Of a stretch of DNA of 64,000 bases, positions 12,805 through 24,567 are shown in pieces. Within the stretch, counting starts at the first letter, position 1; every line of letters begins with the position of its first letter. Under the pieces are notes generated by a model that saw only the letters and a program-made list of their open reading frames with translations, was not told the DNA's origin and searched no databases. The stretch spans positions 141,980,001 through 142,044,000 of the forward strand of contig CM059431.1 in NCBI GenBank assembly GCA_030390025.1, read 5' to 3'. The stretch comes from Squalus acanthias. Lineage: Eukaryota. Both the position numbers and the translations under genes were made by a program.

Positions 12805-14390
12805 CACACTCCAGATATTAAACTCCAGATTTCAAACTCATAATGTCACACTGAGATGTAACACTCCAGATGCCACACTCCAGATGCCACTCTCCAGATC
12901 CCACACTTCTTATCACGCAATCCAGATGTCACACTCCAGATGTCACACAATCCAGATGTCACACTCATGATGTCACACAGCTGATGTAGCCCTATAGATG
13001 TCACACTCCAGATATAAATCTCAAGGTTTCACACTCATGTCACACTGCAGATCTGACATGCCAGATGTGATTCTCCAGATGTCACACTCCACATGTCACA
13101 CTGCTGATATCACACGACTGATGTCACTCTCCAGATGTAGCACTCATAAGGTCATTCTTCTTATCTCGCATTCCAGATATCAAACTCCTGATGTCACACT
13201 CCTGATGTCAGAGGCAACTTGTCACGTTCCAGAAGTTACTTATCTGGTGTCAGACTACAGATGTCACACTCCAGATGTCACACTGCTGATGTCATACTAC
13301 TGATGTCACTCTCCAGATGTCACACTCAATGTCATACTTCTTATCTCGCAATCTAGATGTCACATTTCAGATATTAAACTTCAACTTTCACACTCATGAT
13401 GTCACACTCCTGATGTCACACTCCTGATGTCGTACTCCTGATGTCAGACACAACAGGTCACATTCCAGAAGGTACATACCTGCTGTCACACTACAGTCAG
13501 ACTCCAGATGTGACAATACAGATGTCACGTTCCAGGTGGTGCACACAAGATGTCACATTCCAGATCTCACACTGCTGATGTCACACAGTAGATCTCACAC
13601 TCCAGCTCTCACACTCCTGATGACACACTTCAGATGTCACACAGCTGAAGTTACATTCCAGATATGAGACTGGAGCTGTCAGACCCCTGATGTCACACCC
13701 CAGATGTAAGAATACAGATGTCACGTTCCAGCCGGTACACTCAAGGTATCACATTGCAGGTCTCACACGACTGATGTCACACAGCAGATTTCACAATCTA
13801 GCTCTCACACTCCTGATGACAAGCTCCAGATTTCACACTGCTGAAGCCACACTCCATTTCTCTAACACCAGCTACCACGCTCTAGATGTCACACTCCAGA
13901 TGTCACACAACTGATGTCACACTCCAGATGTCACACTTCTTATCTCACACTCCAGCTCTCACACAGCTGATGACACACTCCAGATGTCACACACCAGATG
14001 CCAAACTCTAGATGTCACTATACAGTTGTCAAACACCTTATGGCACATTGCAGATGTCACACTGCTGATGTCACACTGCTGATGTCACACTGTTGATGTC
14101 ACTCTCATAATGTCACACTCAATGTCACATTCAAAATGTTACACTCATAATGTCACACTCATGATGTAGCCCTATAGATGTCACACTCCAGGTATCAAAC
14201 TCAAGATTTCACACTCATGTCACACTGCAGAAGTCACACGCCAGATGTTATACTCCAGATGTCACACTCCACATGTCACACTGCAGATATCACAAGACTA
14301 ATATCACTCTCCAGATGTCGCACTCATAAGGTCATGCTTCTTATCTCGCAATCCAAATGTCACACTCCTGATGTCACACTCCTGATTTCA
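12805..14390 (+). repeat. 14-bp satellite block 2 with ~1180-bp higher-order period
   Basis: Variant string GATGTAGCCCTATAGATG at ~12983 and ~14163; paralogous ORFs start at 12998 and 14178. Confidence 0.92.
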
Positions 14391-16140
14391 TAGAAACATA
14401 GAAACATAGAAGATAGGAGCAGGAGTAGGCCATTCGGCCCCTCGAGCCTGCTCCGCCATTTAATGAGATCATGGCTGATCATCCAAACTCAGTACACTGC
14501 ACCTGCCTTCTCCCCATATCCCTTTATACCTTTAGCTTTAAGTAATATATCTAACTCATTCTTGAATATATTTAATGGCTTGGCCTCAACTACCTTCTGT
14601 GGTAGAGAAGTCGACAGGTTCACCACTCTCTGGGTGAAGAAATTCTTCCTCATTTCTGTCCTAAATGGCCTACCCCTTATCCTTAGATTATGATCCCTGG
14701 TTCTGGACTCTCCGACAATCGGGAACATTCTTCCTGCATCTAGTTTGTCCAGACCTGTCAGAATTTTATATGTTTCGATGAGATCCCCTCGCATTCTTCT
14801 ATACTCCAGCGAGTATAAGCCCAATCGACCCAATCTCTCCTCATATGTAATTCCTGCCATCCCAGGTATCAGCCTTGTGAATCTTCGCTGAACTCCCTCC
14901 ATGGCAAGAACATCCTTCCTCAGATAAGGCGACCAAAACTGCACACAATACTCAAGGTGTGGTCTCACCAAGGCCCTGTACAACTGCAGCAGGACATCCC
15001 TGTTCCTATACTCAAACCCTTTCTCTATGAAGGCCAACATACCATTTGCCTTCTTCACCGCCTGCTGCACCTGCATGCTTACCTTCACGACTGGTGCACA
15101 AGGACACCCAGGTCTCGTTGCACTTCCCCTTCTCCCAATCTATTGCCATGCAGATAATAGACTGCCTTTCTGTTTTTGACACCAAAGTGGATAACCTGGC
15201 ATGTATCCACGGTATATTGCATCTGCCACGCTTCTGCCCACTCACCCAACCTGTCCAAATCATCCTGGAGTTTCTCGGTATCCTCCTCGCAGCACACATT
15301 CCCATCCAGCTTTGTATCATCTGCAAACTTGGAGATATTACATTTAGTTCCCTTATCTAGATCATTAATGTATATTGTGAATAGCTGGGGTCCAAGGACC
15401 GATCCCTGCGGTACCCCACTAGTCACTGTTTGCCACTCGGAAAAATCCCCATTAATTCCTACTCTTTGCTTTCTTTCCGCCAACCAGTTCCCTATCCAAG
15501 TCAATACCTTGCCCCCAATCCCATGTGCCTTAACTTTACACGCTAAACTCTTATGTGGGACCTTATCGAAAGCCTTTTGAAAGTCCAAATACACCACATC
15601 TACTGGTTCTCCCTTATCTATTTTCCCAGTTACATCCTCAAAAAATTCCAATAGATTAGTCAAGCACGATTTACCTTTTGTAAATCCATGTTGACTTTTT
15701 CCGATCCTGTCACTGTTTTTCATGTGCTCAGCTATTACATCCATTATAATGGACTCTAGCATTTTCCCCACTACCGATGTCAGGCTTACTGGTCTGTAAA
15801 TCCCCGCTTTCTCTCTACCACCCTTTTTGAATAGTGGGGTAACATTAGCTACCCTCCAATCCATGGGTACTGTTCCAGATTTCAGCGAATGTTGGAAGAT
15901 GATCAGCAATGCATCTACTATTTCTAGGGCCACTTCCTTAAGTACCCTAGGATGTAGATTATCAGGACCTGGGGATTTATTGGCCTTCAATCCCGTCAAT
16001 TTCCCTAACACCATTTCCCTGCAAATACTGTTTTCTTTCAGTTCCTCACTTTCATCAGACCGTATGTTCTCCACATCTCTGGGAGGTTATTTGTGTCCTC
16101 CTTTGTGAAGACAGAACCAAAATTTGCATCTAATTGGTCA
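14388..16140 (-). mobile_element. Young 5'-truncated CR1 LINE (RT domain almost intact)
   Basis: ORFs 15085-16074 and 14489-15088 are separated by a single frameshift; tail TAGAAACATAGAAACATAG. Confidence 0.97.
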
Positions 16141-17526
16141 GACGCAACATGTCACGTTCCAGAAGTTACATATCTGATGTCACACTACAGATGTCACACT
16201 GCTGATGTCATACTACTGATGTCACTCTCCAGATGTCACACTCATAATGTCATACTTCGTATCTCGCAATCCAGATGTCACCCTCCAGATATTAAACTTC
16301 AACTTTCACACTCATGATGTCAAACTCCTGATGTCACACTCCTGATGTCGTACTCCTGATATTACACTCCAGATGTCATACGCTACATGTCACCTTCCAG
16401 AAAGTACATACCTGGAGTCACACTACAGACATCACACTCCAGATGCGAAAATACAGATGTCACGTTCCAGGTGGTGCACACAAGATGTCACACTCCAGCG
16501 CTCACTCTCCTGATGAAACGCTCCAGATGTCACACAGCTTAATTGCACTCCAGATTTCACACTGCAGATGGCACATAACAGATGTCACACTCCAGCTCTC
16601 ACACTCCAGCTCTCACACTCCTGTTGACTAACTCCAGATGGCGCACTGCTGAAGTCACAATCCAGATTTCACACTTCAGTTGTCAGACCACTGATGACAC
16701 ACTCCAGATCTCTTACTCCAGATCTCTCACACCATTTGCCACACTCTGGATGTCACAATACAGTTGTCAGACAACAGAGGTCAGATTCCAGATTTCAGAA
16801 TCCAGATGTCACACTGCTGATGTCACACTATTGATGTCACACTGCTGATGTCGCATTACTGATGTCACACGACTGATGTCACACTTCTTATCTCGCAATC
16901 CAGATGTGACACTCATAATGACACACTTCTTATCACAAACTCCATCTCTCGCACTCCTGATGACACACTCCAGATGTCACAATGCTGAAGTCACACGCCA
17001 GATTTTACACTCCAGCTGTCAGACCACTGATGACACACTCCAGATGTGAGAATAAAAATGTCAAGTTCTGATGGTACACTCAGGATCTCACATTCCAGAT
17101 CTCACACTATTGATACCACACAGCAGAGCTCACACTCCAGGTATCACACTCCTGATGAAACTTTTCGCAATTATGAAGGCACACTCCAGATCTTGCACTC
17201 CAACTGTCAGACCCCTGGTGGCACACTCCAGATGTCACACTCCTGATAATACTCTCCAGATGTCATACTCAAAATTTCAGGTTCAAGAACGTACATACCT
17301 GGTATCACACTACATTTGTCACACTCCAGATGTTACAATACAGATGTCACATTCCAGTTCCCATACTGCTGATGTCACACAGCAGATATCACAATCCAGC
17401 TCTCAAAATCCTGATGACATACTTCAATTGTCACTCAGCTGACGTCACACTTCAGATAGAGCAATCCTGTTGTCAGACACCTGATTTCGCACTATAGGTG
17501 CCTCACTGCTGATGTCACACTCCAGA
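16141..17526 (+). repeat. 14-bp satellite block 3
   Basis: Resumes the satellite register interrupted at 14390 (CCTGATTTCA|GACGCAAC, compare ~13200). Confidence 0.93.
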
Positions 17527-17545
17527 AACCGTCACAGAATCAAAT

Positions 17546-17870
17546 ACAGGAGTAGGATCATCACAAACCACTACAGGAGTAGGATTATCACAAACCACTA
17601 CAGGAGTAGAATCATCATAGACCACTACAGGAGTAGAATCATCACAAACCACTACAGGAGTAGAATCATCATAGACCACTACAGGAGTGGAATCATCACA
17701 AACCACTACAGGAGTAGGATCATCACAGACCACTACAGGAGTAGAATCATCACAGACCACTACAGGAGTAGAATCATCACAAACCACTACAGGAGTAGAA
17801 TCATCACAGACCACTACAGGAGTAGAATCATCACAGACCACTACAGGTGGAGAATCATCACAAACAACTA
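17546..17870 (+). repeat. 27-bp minisatellite (CCACTACAGGAGTAGAATCATCACAGA), ~12 units
   Basis: Highly homogeneous tandem units. Confidence 0.95.
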
Positions 17871-18057
17871 CACGCAAGAAGCTCGACGCTATCCAGGACA
17901 AAGCAATCCACTTGATCGGGTGCAGATCCACCATCTACACATCCTCCTCTTCCACCTTTGGCGCACCTTGCCTGCAGTGTGTACTGTGGAATGACAGCGT
18001 TCTGATTGCGTGAAATATCTGTTTGAGGAAGATTCAGCATAATCTTTGAGCACTCAC

Positions 18058-18199
18058 CTGAAGGTGCGTAATTCATTTCGATTTGCTCACTCTGTAGTAG
18101 GACCTGTTGCTGAGGAGCTCTGTCTTTGGGCCTGTTTGGTGATTTCAAAGTATAAAGTTGTGTCGAATTCTTCTTCTGACCGTCAGGTGCATCGTTACA
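18058..18199 (-). CDS. Putative linker exon of PYD gene copy 2 (CNDAPDGQKKNSTQLYTLKSPNRPKDRAPQQQVLLQSEQIEMNYAPS)
   Basis: Acceptor TCCTTATCTTTGCAG|, donor CAG|GTGAGT, 142 nt, open frame; phase-0 start matches the phase-0 end of PYD exon 33171. Confidence 0.7.
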
Positions 18200-18434
18200 C
18201 TGCAAAGATAAGGACATCAGCGAATCTCAGTACTGTACCACTGGAATTGCACATGTGATCACAAGGACGTGTGAAGGGTCTCGAGTCAATATTGAGACTC
18301 CCAGACTGTAATCCATCATTCATGTTCCTCTGGTATGTCTACCCTGCCGGTGGAATGGAGTTTAGGATGTTGGCTCTCTGAGTAGGATTATGTCAGTCCG
18401 ACTCGTCTGAGGCCTTTCCAACTTCTAGCAGCAG

Positions 18435-18720
18435 CAACTTTAATTTATATCGCGCCTTAAACGTAGTAAAAACGTCCCAATAGGGTTCACAGAGGGGAAA
18501 TGACACCGAGAGAAAGAAGCAGCCATTAGAAACACTAATCAAGCAATCATTGGGTTTTAAGGAGAGCCTTAAAGGAGAAGAGACAGAGAGAGGTGGGGAG
18601 GCTTAGGGTGAGGGGGGAGAGATTTCAGAGCTTAGGGCCTTGGCAGTGAAGGCACGCCCGCCAATGGTGGCGAAAAGGGAGTGGGGATGCACAAGAGGCC
18701 AGAATTGGAGGAACGGAGAG
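18435..18720 (-). mobile_element. L2-like LINE 3' fragment
   Basis: Antisense TTTATATCGCGCCTT tail and GAGCTTAGGGCC...GAAGGCACG end segment. Confidence 0.6.
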
Positions 18721-18889
18721 TTGAGCTGGATACAGGGCTGGAACCCCCAGATGTTGACGAGGAGGCCTTTGGAGCTTCAGCAAGACTGAGATTGTCAGAC
18801 ACTCAGTCCTGAAGAGGTGCCTGGGTCTTTGGCGATGGGCCCGTCCATTTTGACATTGCTTATTGAATTCAATATGACAACTAGTCATA

Positions 18890-19050
18890 ATACAAAAGCA
18901 AAATACTACGGATGCTGGAAATCTGAAAAAAACCCAGAAAATGCTGGAAATACTCAGCAGGCCAGGCAGCACATGTGGAGAGAGAAACAGAGTTAATGGT
19001 TCAGGTCGATGATTTTCCGTCAGAACTGGTAGATGTGAGAGAAGAACATA
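18890..19050 (-). mobile_element. Penelope-like terminal (pLTR) fragment with decayed hammerhead-like motif
   Basis: GATGCTGGAAATCTG...CTCAGCAGGCCAGGCAGCA; antisense TTCTGACGG...GACCTGAACC. Confidence 0.6.
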
Positions 19051-19603
19051 GTCTATACTTCCTGCTCCCTTTGCTATTCTGCTGTAACCATCTACACCCA
19101 CTCTGGACAAAGCGTATCTCTTGCACTATCTCAACTCGCATGCATTGCTGAGGTGCGGATTCGGTCTGCATCATCGGAAGTAAACCCACGAGGACAAAGA
19201 TGGGGCGAAACTGCATTAAACGCAATCGCTGTTTGTGGTACTTTACAGCAAGTTCCCTCTTTGAACGTCTCCCCTCCGCGATGGTCTGTTTCTAGCTCCC
19301 AAACTGCAACTTAGCTAAGTCGTTTTCGGTTGTCCCGATTATTATAAAAAAGGATATAGAGGCTCTGGAGAAGGTTAAAAAAAGATTTTCAAGTATGATA
19401 GCAGAAATGAGAGGGAAAGAATATCAGGAAAGAATGAACAGGCTGGGTCTCTTTTCTCTTGAAAAGTGAATGTTGAGGGGTAGCCAAATAGAGGTCTTTA
19501 AAATTATGAAAGCTTTGATAGAGTGGTTACAGAGAGAATGCTTCCACTTGTGGGGAAGAGCATAACTGGAGGCCATAAATATAAGATAGTCACCAAGAAA
19601 TCC

Positions 19604-20822
19604 TGATGTGGAGATGCCGGCGTTGGACTGGGGTGGACAAAAATGAGAAGTCGCACAACACCAGGTTATAGTCCACCAGATTTATTTAATTTTACAAGCT
19701 TTCAGAGCTATTCGCTCCTTCCTCAGGTAGGGTAGCAGTGAGAGAATCTCCCAGAATTCACAATATACACACAGAAAAAATCTATTCAAATCTTTCCCTA
19801 CATCAAAGACACACTAAGAGCACAGCCAAGACAATGAGATGTGTCCCAGGGGGTCCAACGTGTCAAAACACCTGCTGGCTGCATATCCTGTCAATTTGTG
19901 TTGGTTCTTGTGTTAGTCTTTTTAAAAAAAAACACCTGGAAAGACCGGCCATGATGTCAAGTCACGTTCTGTATCGTGACATGAACCCGATATCGCGATT
20001 GATGCCATCCTCATGAGTGCGGAACTTGGCTATCAGTTTCTGCTCTATGATTTTGCGCTGTCGTGTATCCCGAAGGCCGCCTTGGAGAACGCTTACCCGC
20101 AGATCCGAGGCTGAATGCCCCTGGCTGCTGAAGTGTTCCCCGACTGGGAGGCAACCCTGCTGCCTGGCGATTGTTTCGCGGTGTCTGTTGATATGTTGTC
20201 TCAGTGTCTGCATGGTCTCGCCGATGTACCATGCTCTGGAGCATCCTTTACTGCAACGTATCAGGTAGACAACGTTGGCCGAGTCACATGAGTATGTACC
20301 GTGTACCTGGTGGGTAGTGTCCTCACGTGTGATGATGGTATCTGTGTCCATGATTTGGCATGTCTTGCAGAGGTTGCCGTGGCAGGGTTGTGTGGTGTCG
20401 TGGTTGCTGTTCTCCTGAAAGATGGGTAATCTGCTGCGAACAATGGTACTTTTGAGGTTAGGCGGCTGCTTGAAGGCGAGTAGTGGAGGCGTGGGGATGG
20501 CCTTAGCAAGGTGTTCATCGTCATCGATGACATGTTGAAGGCTGCGAAGAACATGGCGTAGTTTTTCCGCTCCGGGGAAGTACTGGACGACGTAGGGTAC
20601 TCTGTTGGTTGTGTCCCGTGTCCGTCTTCTGAGGAGGTCTATGCGGTTTTTCGCTGTGGCCCTTCGGAACTGTCGATCGACGAGTCGAGCGTCATATCCC
20701 GTTCTTACGAGGGCGTCTTTCAGTGTCCGTAGGTGTCCATCGCGTTCCTCCTCGTCTGAGCAGATCCTGTGTATTCGCAGGGCTTGTCCATAGGGGACGG
20801 CTTCTTTAACGTGGTTAGGGTT
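19604..20822 (-). mobile_element. Young 5'-truncated Penelope-like element (end of RT plus GIY-YIG endonuclease)
   Basis: Open frame 20819-19962: PYGQALRIHRICS...CHGNLCKTC...NVVYLIRCSKGC..WYIGET...EQKLIAKF..GIN; CpG-rich. Confidence 0.95.
19655..19730 (-). ncRNA. Hammerhead-ribozyme-like motif in the Penelope terminus
   Basis: CUGAGGA-AGGAGC(GAAUA)GCUCU-GAAA-GCUUG on the minus strand. Confidence 0.5.
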
Positions 20823-20825
20823 ATA

Positions 20826-21042
20826 CTGGTAAGTATTACGTTAGTAGAAGTTGTAAGAAGTGAAATTTAGTTCAAGATTTTATTTTACCGCAGAAAATTA
20901 AAATTGTAGCTTGCAGAAGCTGACTGCCAGTGGCAGTTCACTGTCAGTCAGCTGTAAGTGTTTGTCTTGAATCGGCGCTAATCACCAGGAGCAGGGGAGC
21001 TGAGTCAGCACTTGTAAATTGGGTGAGGCTCCTTGAGTATAA
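20826..21042 (+). repeat. ~217-bp copy of 21535-21753 located inside the Penelope target-site duplication
   Basis: Near-identical direct repeat CTGGTAAGTATTACG...CCTTGAGTATAA. Confidence 0.93.
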
Positions 21043-24000
21043 CGAAGAAATCCAATAGGGAATTGAGAAGAAACTTCTTTACCCAGAGGGTGGTGAGAAT
21101 GTAGAACTCGCTGCCACAGGAAGTGGTTGAAGCGAATAGTGTAGATCGATTTAAGAGGAGGCTAATTAAATACATGAGGGAGAAGGGAATAGAGGGTTAT
21201 GTTGATAGGTTAGATGGGGAAAGACGGGTGGAGGCTCGAGTGTAGCATAAACGCCGGCATGGACGGGTTGAGCTGAATGGCCTGTTTCTGTGCCGTATAT
21301 TCCATGTAATCCGATGCAATAAGGCTGAAGAAATGAAAGGGCACCGAAAGAGGGAGCAGTCGGAAAATATCATAAACCACAATTCATTGATGGTTCAAAA
21401 GACTAGCGAGAAATTGCTCACGGAGAAGACAAAATCCCTACTTAGAAGCAAAGAGCCAACTGCACAGATCGGGATTAAACGGAGTGGACTTGAACAGAGT
21501 GCTTTATTTGGGAATTTGGGGAAAGTGGGCATTTCTGGTAAGTATTACGTTAGTCGAAGTTGTAAGAAGTGAAATTTAGTTCAAGATTTTCATTTTACCG
21601 CAGAAATTTAAAAATTGTAGCTTGCAGAAGCTGACTGCCAGTGGCAGTTCACTGTCAGTCAGCTGTAAGTGTTTGTCTTGAATCGGCGCTAATCACCAGG
21701 AGCAGGGGAGCTGAGTCAGCACTTGGAAATTGGGTGAGGCTCCTTGAGTATAAAAATAAATATTTCTGCAGAGCACAGAGCGATCTGCACAGAGCGGGAT
21801 TAAACGGTGTGGACTGGATCAGAGTGTTTTTTGGGGAATTTGGAAAACGTGGGAATTCGGAGAAGAGATGGATGGAGTTGATGCTATTTGCCTATACTAA
21901 TTGGACTGATTTATGTTACAGGTAGATATTTAATTTCAATACCCTTAACTTAATCTAGATCAAGTAAGTAGTCAAGAAACTACACTGTAAACTAAGTTAA
22001 CTAAATACAAATTTAAATACATTTAATTAATTAAAACAAGGTCATATAGGGTTGGCCGTTCAGGTGGTTTGCCGCAACTGCAGCACGTGGGAGTTTGTGG
22101 AGAGAATTGTGATCCCGGATAACCAGGTGTGCAGTAAGTGCTTGCATCTTGAGGAACTTCAGCTCAGAGTTTTGAGCTGGATTTTGAGGTTCAGACAATG
22201 CGGGGCATCAGGAAGGGGAAGAGTTACCTGGACACTTTGATCCTTAGTGTTACAGGTCTGGTTAATGGTCAGGGACAGAAGGGTGCGACTGCAACTCAGG
22301 CAGGTAAGGGGACCACAGTTGCAGTGCTGGATGAGCCTCATCCTTTGCCCTTGTCCAACAGGTATGACTTTCTTGCTGCCTGTGTGGATTAGGGAAAAGC
22401 CTGCAGGATTGATGAGCAGGCTGACAACGGCACCATGATGCAGGAGGTCATTCAAGTGAGGGGAATGAAAGGTAATGTAGTTGTGGTAAGTGACAGTATA
22501 GTCAGGGTGATAGATACTGTTCTCTGGAGCCGCGACAGAGAGTTCCATAGATTGTGTTGCCTGCCCCTTGCCAGATTAAAACACATCTCCTAGTGGCTGG
22601 ATAAGAACATGGAGTGGAAGGGGGAGGAACCTGGCTTCATGGTCCAACGAAGTAGTTATAACTACGGATGAGGTTCAGGTGAGGGTGTTTTGAGGAGCTA
22701 GGATCCAAATTAAAAAGCAGAACCTCAAAGGTAATAATTTCTGCATTGTTGCCTGAGTTACACACAAATTGGTATCGGGACAAACAGATTAGAGGTTTAA
22801 ATTCGTGGCTCAAAGAGTGGTGTGGGAGGAAGGGTTTTCATTTCATGGGTCACTGGCACCAGTACTGGGGAAAGAGGGAGCTGTTCCTTTGGGACGAGCT
22901 CCACTTAAACCGTGCTGGAACTAGTGCCTTGGTGAACCAATTAATTAGGGCAATAGATAGGGCTTTAAACTAATGAAGTTGGGGGGAGGGGGGAGGATTC
23001 AGAGTAAATTTAAAATCAACGAGAGAAATGTCAAGGTTCTAGAGCAGAGTAGAGTTTTAGGTAAAAATAACTAGAGTGGGTCAGGAGGGGACAGAGAGAC
23101 TTACAGAAGTAATAAGGCATCAGTGACTAAGGTTACATCAGGGGAAAATAGAAATAAGTCAAAGCTAAAGGTATTATATCTGACTGCACAAAGCATTCCC
23201 AACAAAATAGATGAATTAATAGTGCAGATAGAAATTAACAGGTTTGATCTTATAGGCATAACGGAGACGTGGTTGCAAAGTAGCCAAGCTTGGGAACTAA
23301 ATATTCCAGGATACTTAACTTTTAGAAAATATGTGCAAAATGTAGAACGAGGAGGGGTAGCCGTGATAATAAAGGATATGATAAAGTCAGTGGAGAGAAA
23401 GGATCTTAGCTCCGAAAATCATGTAGTATAATCAGTTTGGATGTAGCTATGAAACATCAACGGGCAGAAAACATGGGTGGGAGTTGATTATAGGCCCCCA
23501 AACAGTTTTTGCAATGAAGGGCAGTGCATAAATCAGGAAATTAGAGGCGCATGTAACAATGGTAATACAGTAATCATGAGGGACTTTAATCTACATATAG
23601 ACTGGTCAAACCAAATTTGCAGTAATAGTGTGGAGGACGTATGCATGGAATGTATGCAAGATAGTTTTCTAGATCAGTATGTGGAGGAACCAATTAGTGA
23701 GCAGGCTATTTTCGATCTAGTGTTGTGCAATGAGAAAGGGTCAATTAATAACATTTTAGCAAAGGGGCCTTTAGGAAATAGTGACCATAATAAGCTAGAA
23801 TTTTATATTGATCTTGAAAGCGATTGAGTTAAATCAAAAACTAGGTTCTTAAATCTAAACGAAGCAGGTATGAGGGGCGAGTTGTCTAAGGCAGATTGGG
23901 AAACAACATTAAAAGGTATGATGATAGATAAGCAATGCTTAGCATCTAAATAATTAATACATAACTTACAACAAATATACATTCCTTTAAGGCACAAAAA

Positions 24001-24567
24001 TACCGCAGAAAAAGTGGTCCAACCTTGCCTAACCAGAGATGTTAAAGATCGTATTAGATCAAAGGAAGAGCCTTATAATTTTGCCAAAAGGAGTAGTAAG
24101 CCTGAGGATTGGGAGGATTTTAGAATTCAGCAAAGGAGGATGAAGAATTTGATAAAGAAATGGAAAATAGAATATGAGAGTAAACTAGTGAGAGACATAA
24201 AAACAAACTGTAAAATCTTCTGTACGTATGTAAAAAGGAAAAGATTAGCGAAGTAAATGTGGGTCCCTTAAAGGCTGAGACGGGAGAAGTTATAATGGGG
24301 AATAAGGAAATGGCAGAGAAATTAAACAAATATATTGTGTCTGTCTGCATGGAAGAAGACGCAAAAAACTTTCCGGAAATAGTGGAGAACCAAGGATCTC
24401 GTGAGAATGAGAAACTGAAAGAAATTAGTTTGAGCAAAAAAAATGTACTCGAGAAATTAATGGGACTGATAGCCCATACATCCCCTGGACCTGATAGCCT
24501 ACATGCTAGGGTTTCGACAGAGATGGCTATACAGATAGTGGATGCATTGGTTGTCCTTTTCCAAAAT

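Larger units (their letters stand above)
19335..21320 (+). mobile_element. CR1 3' fragment split by the insertion at 19604-21044
   Basis: ...CACCAAGAAATCC at 19603 resumes as AAGAAATCCAATAGGGAATT at 21045. Confidence 0.88.

Noticed and set aside
7755-17442. Many His/Cys-rich ORFs (MSHSRCHT...) resembling zinc fingers
   Set aside because: Products of the 14-bp satellite with frequent stops and no C2H2 spacing.
17512-18013. Mucin-like or CRISPR-like array
   Set aside because: Contiguous 27-bp tandem units with no unique spacers, no cas genes and a eukaryotic context.
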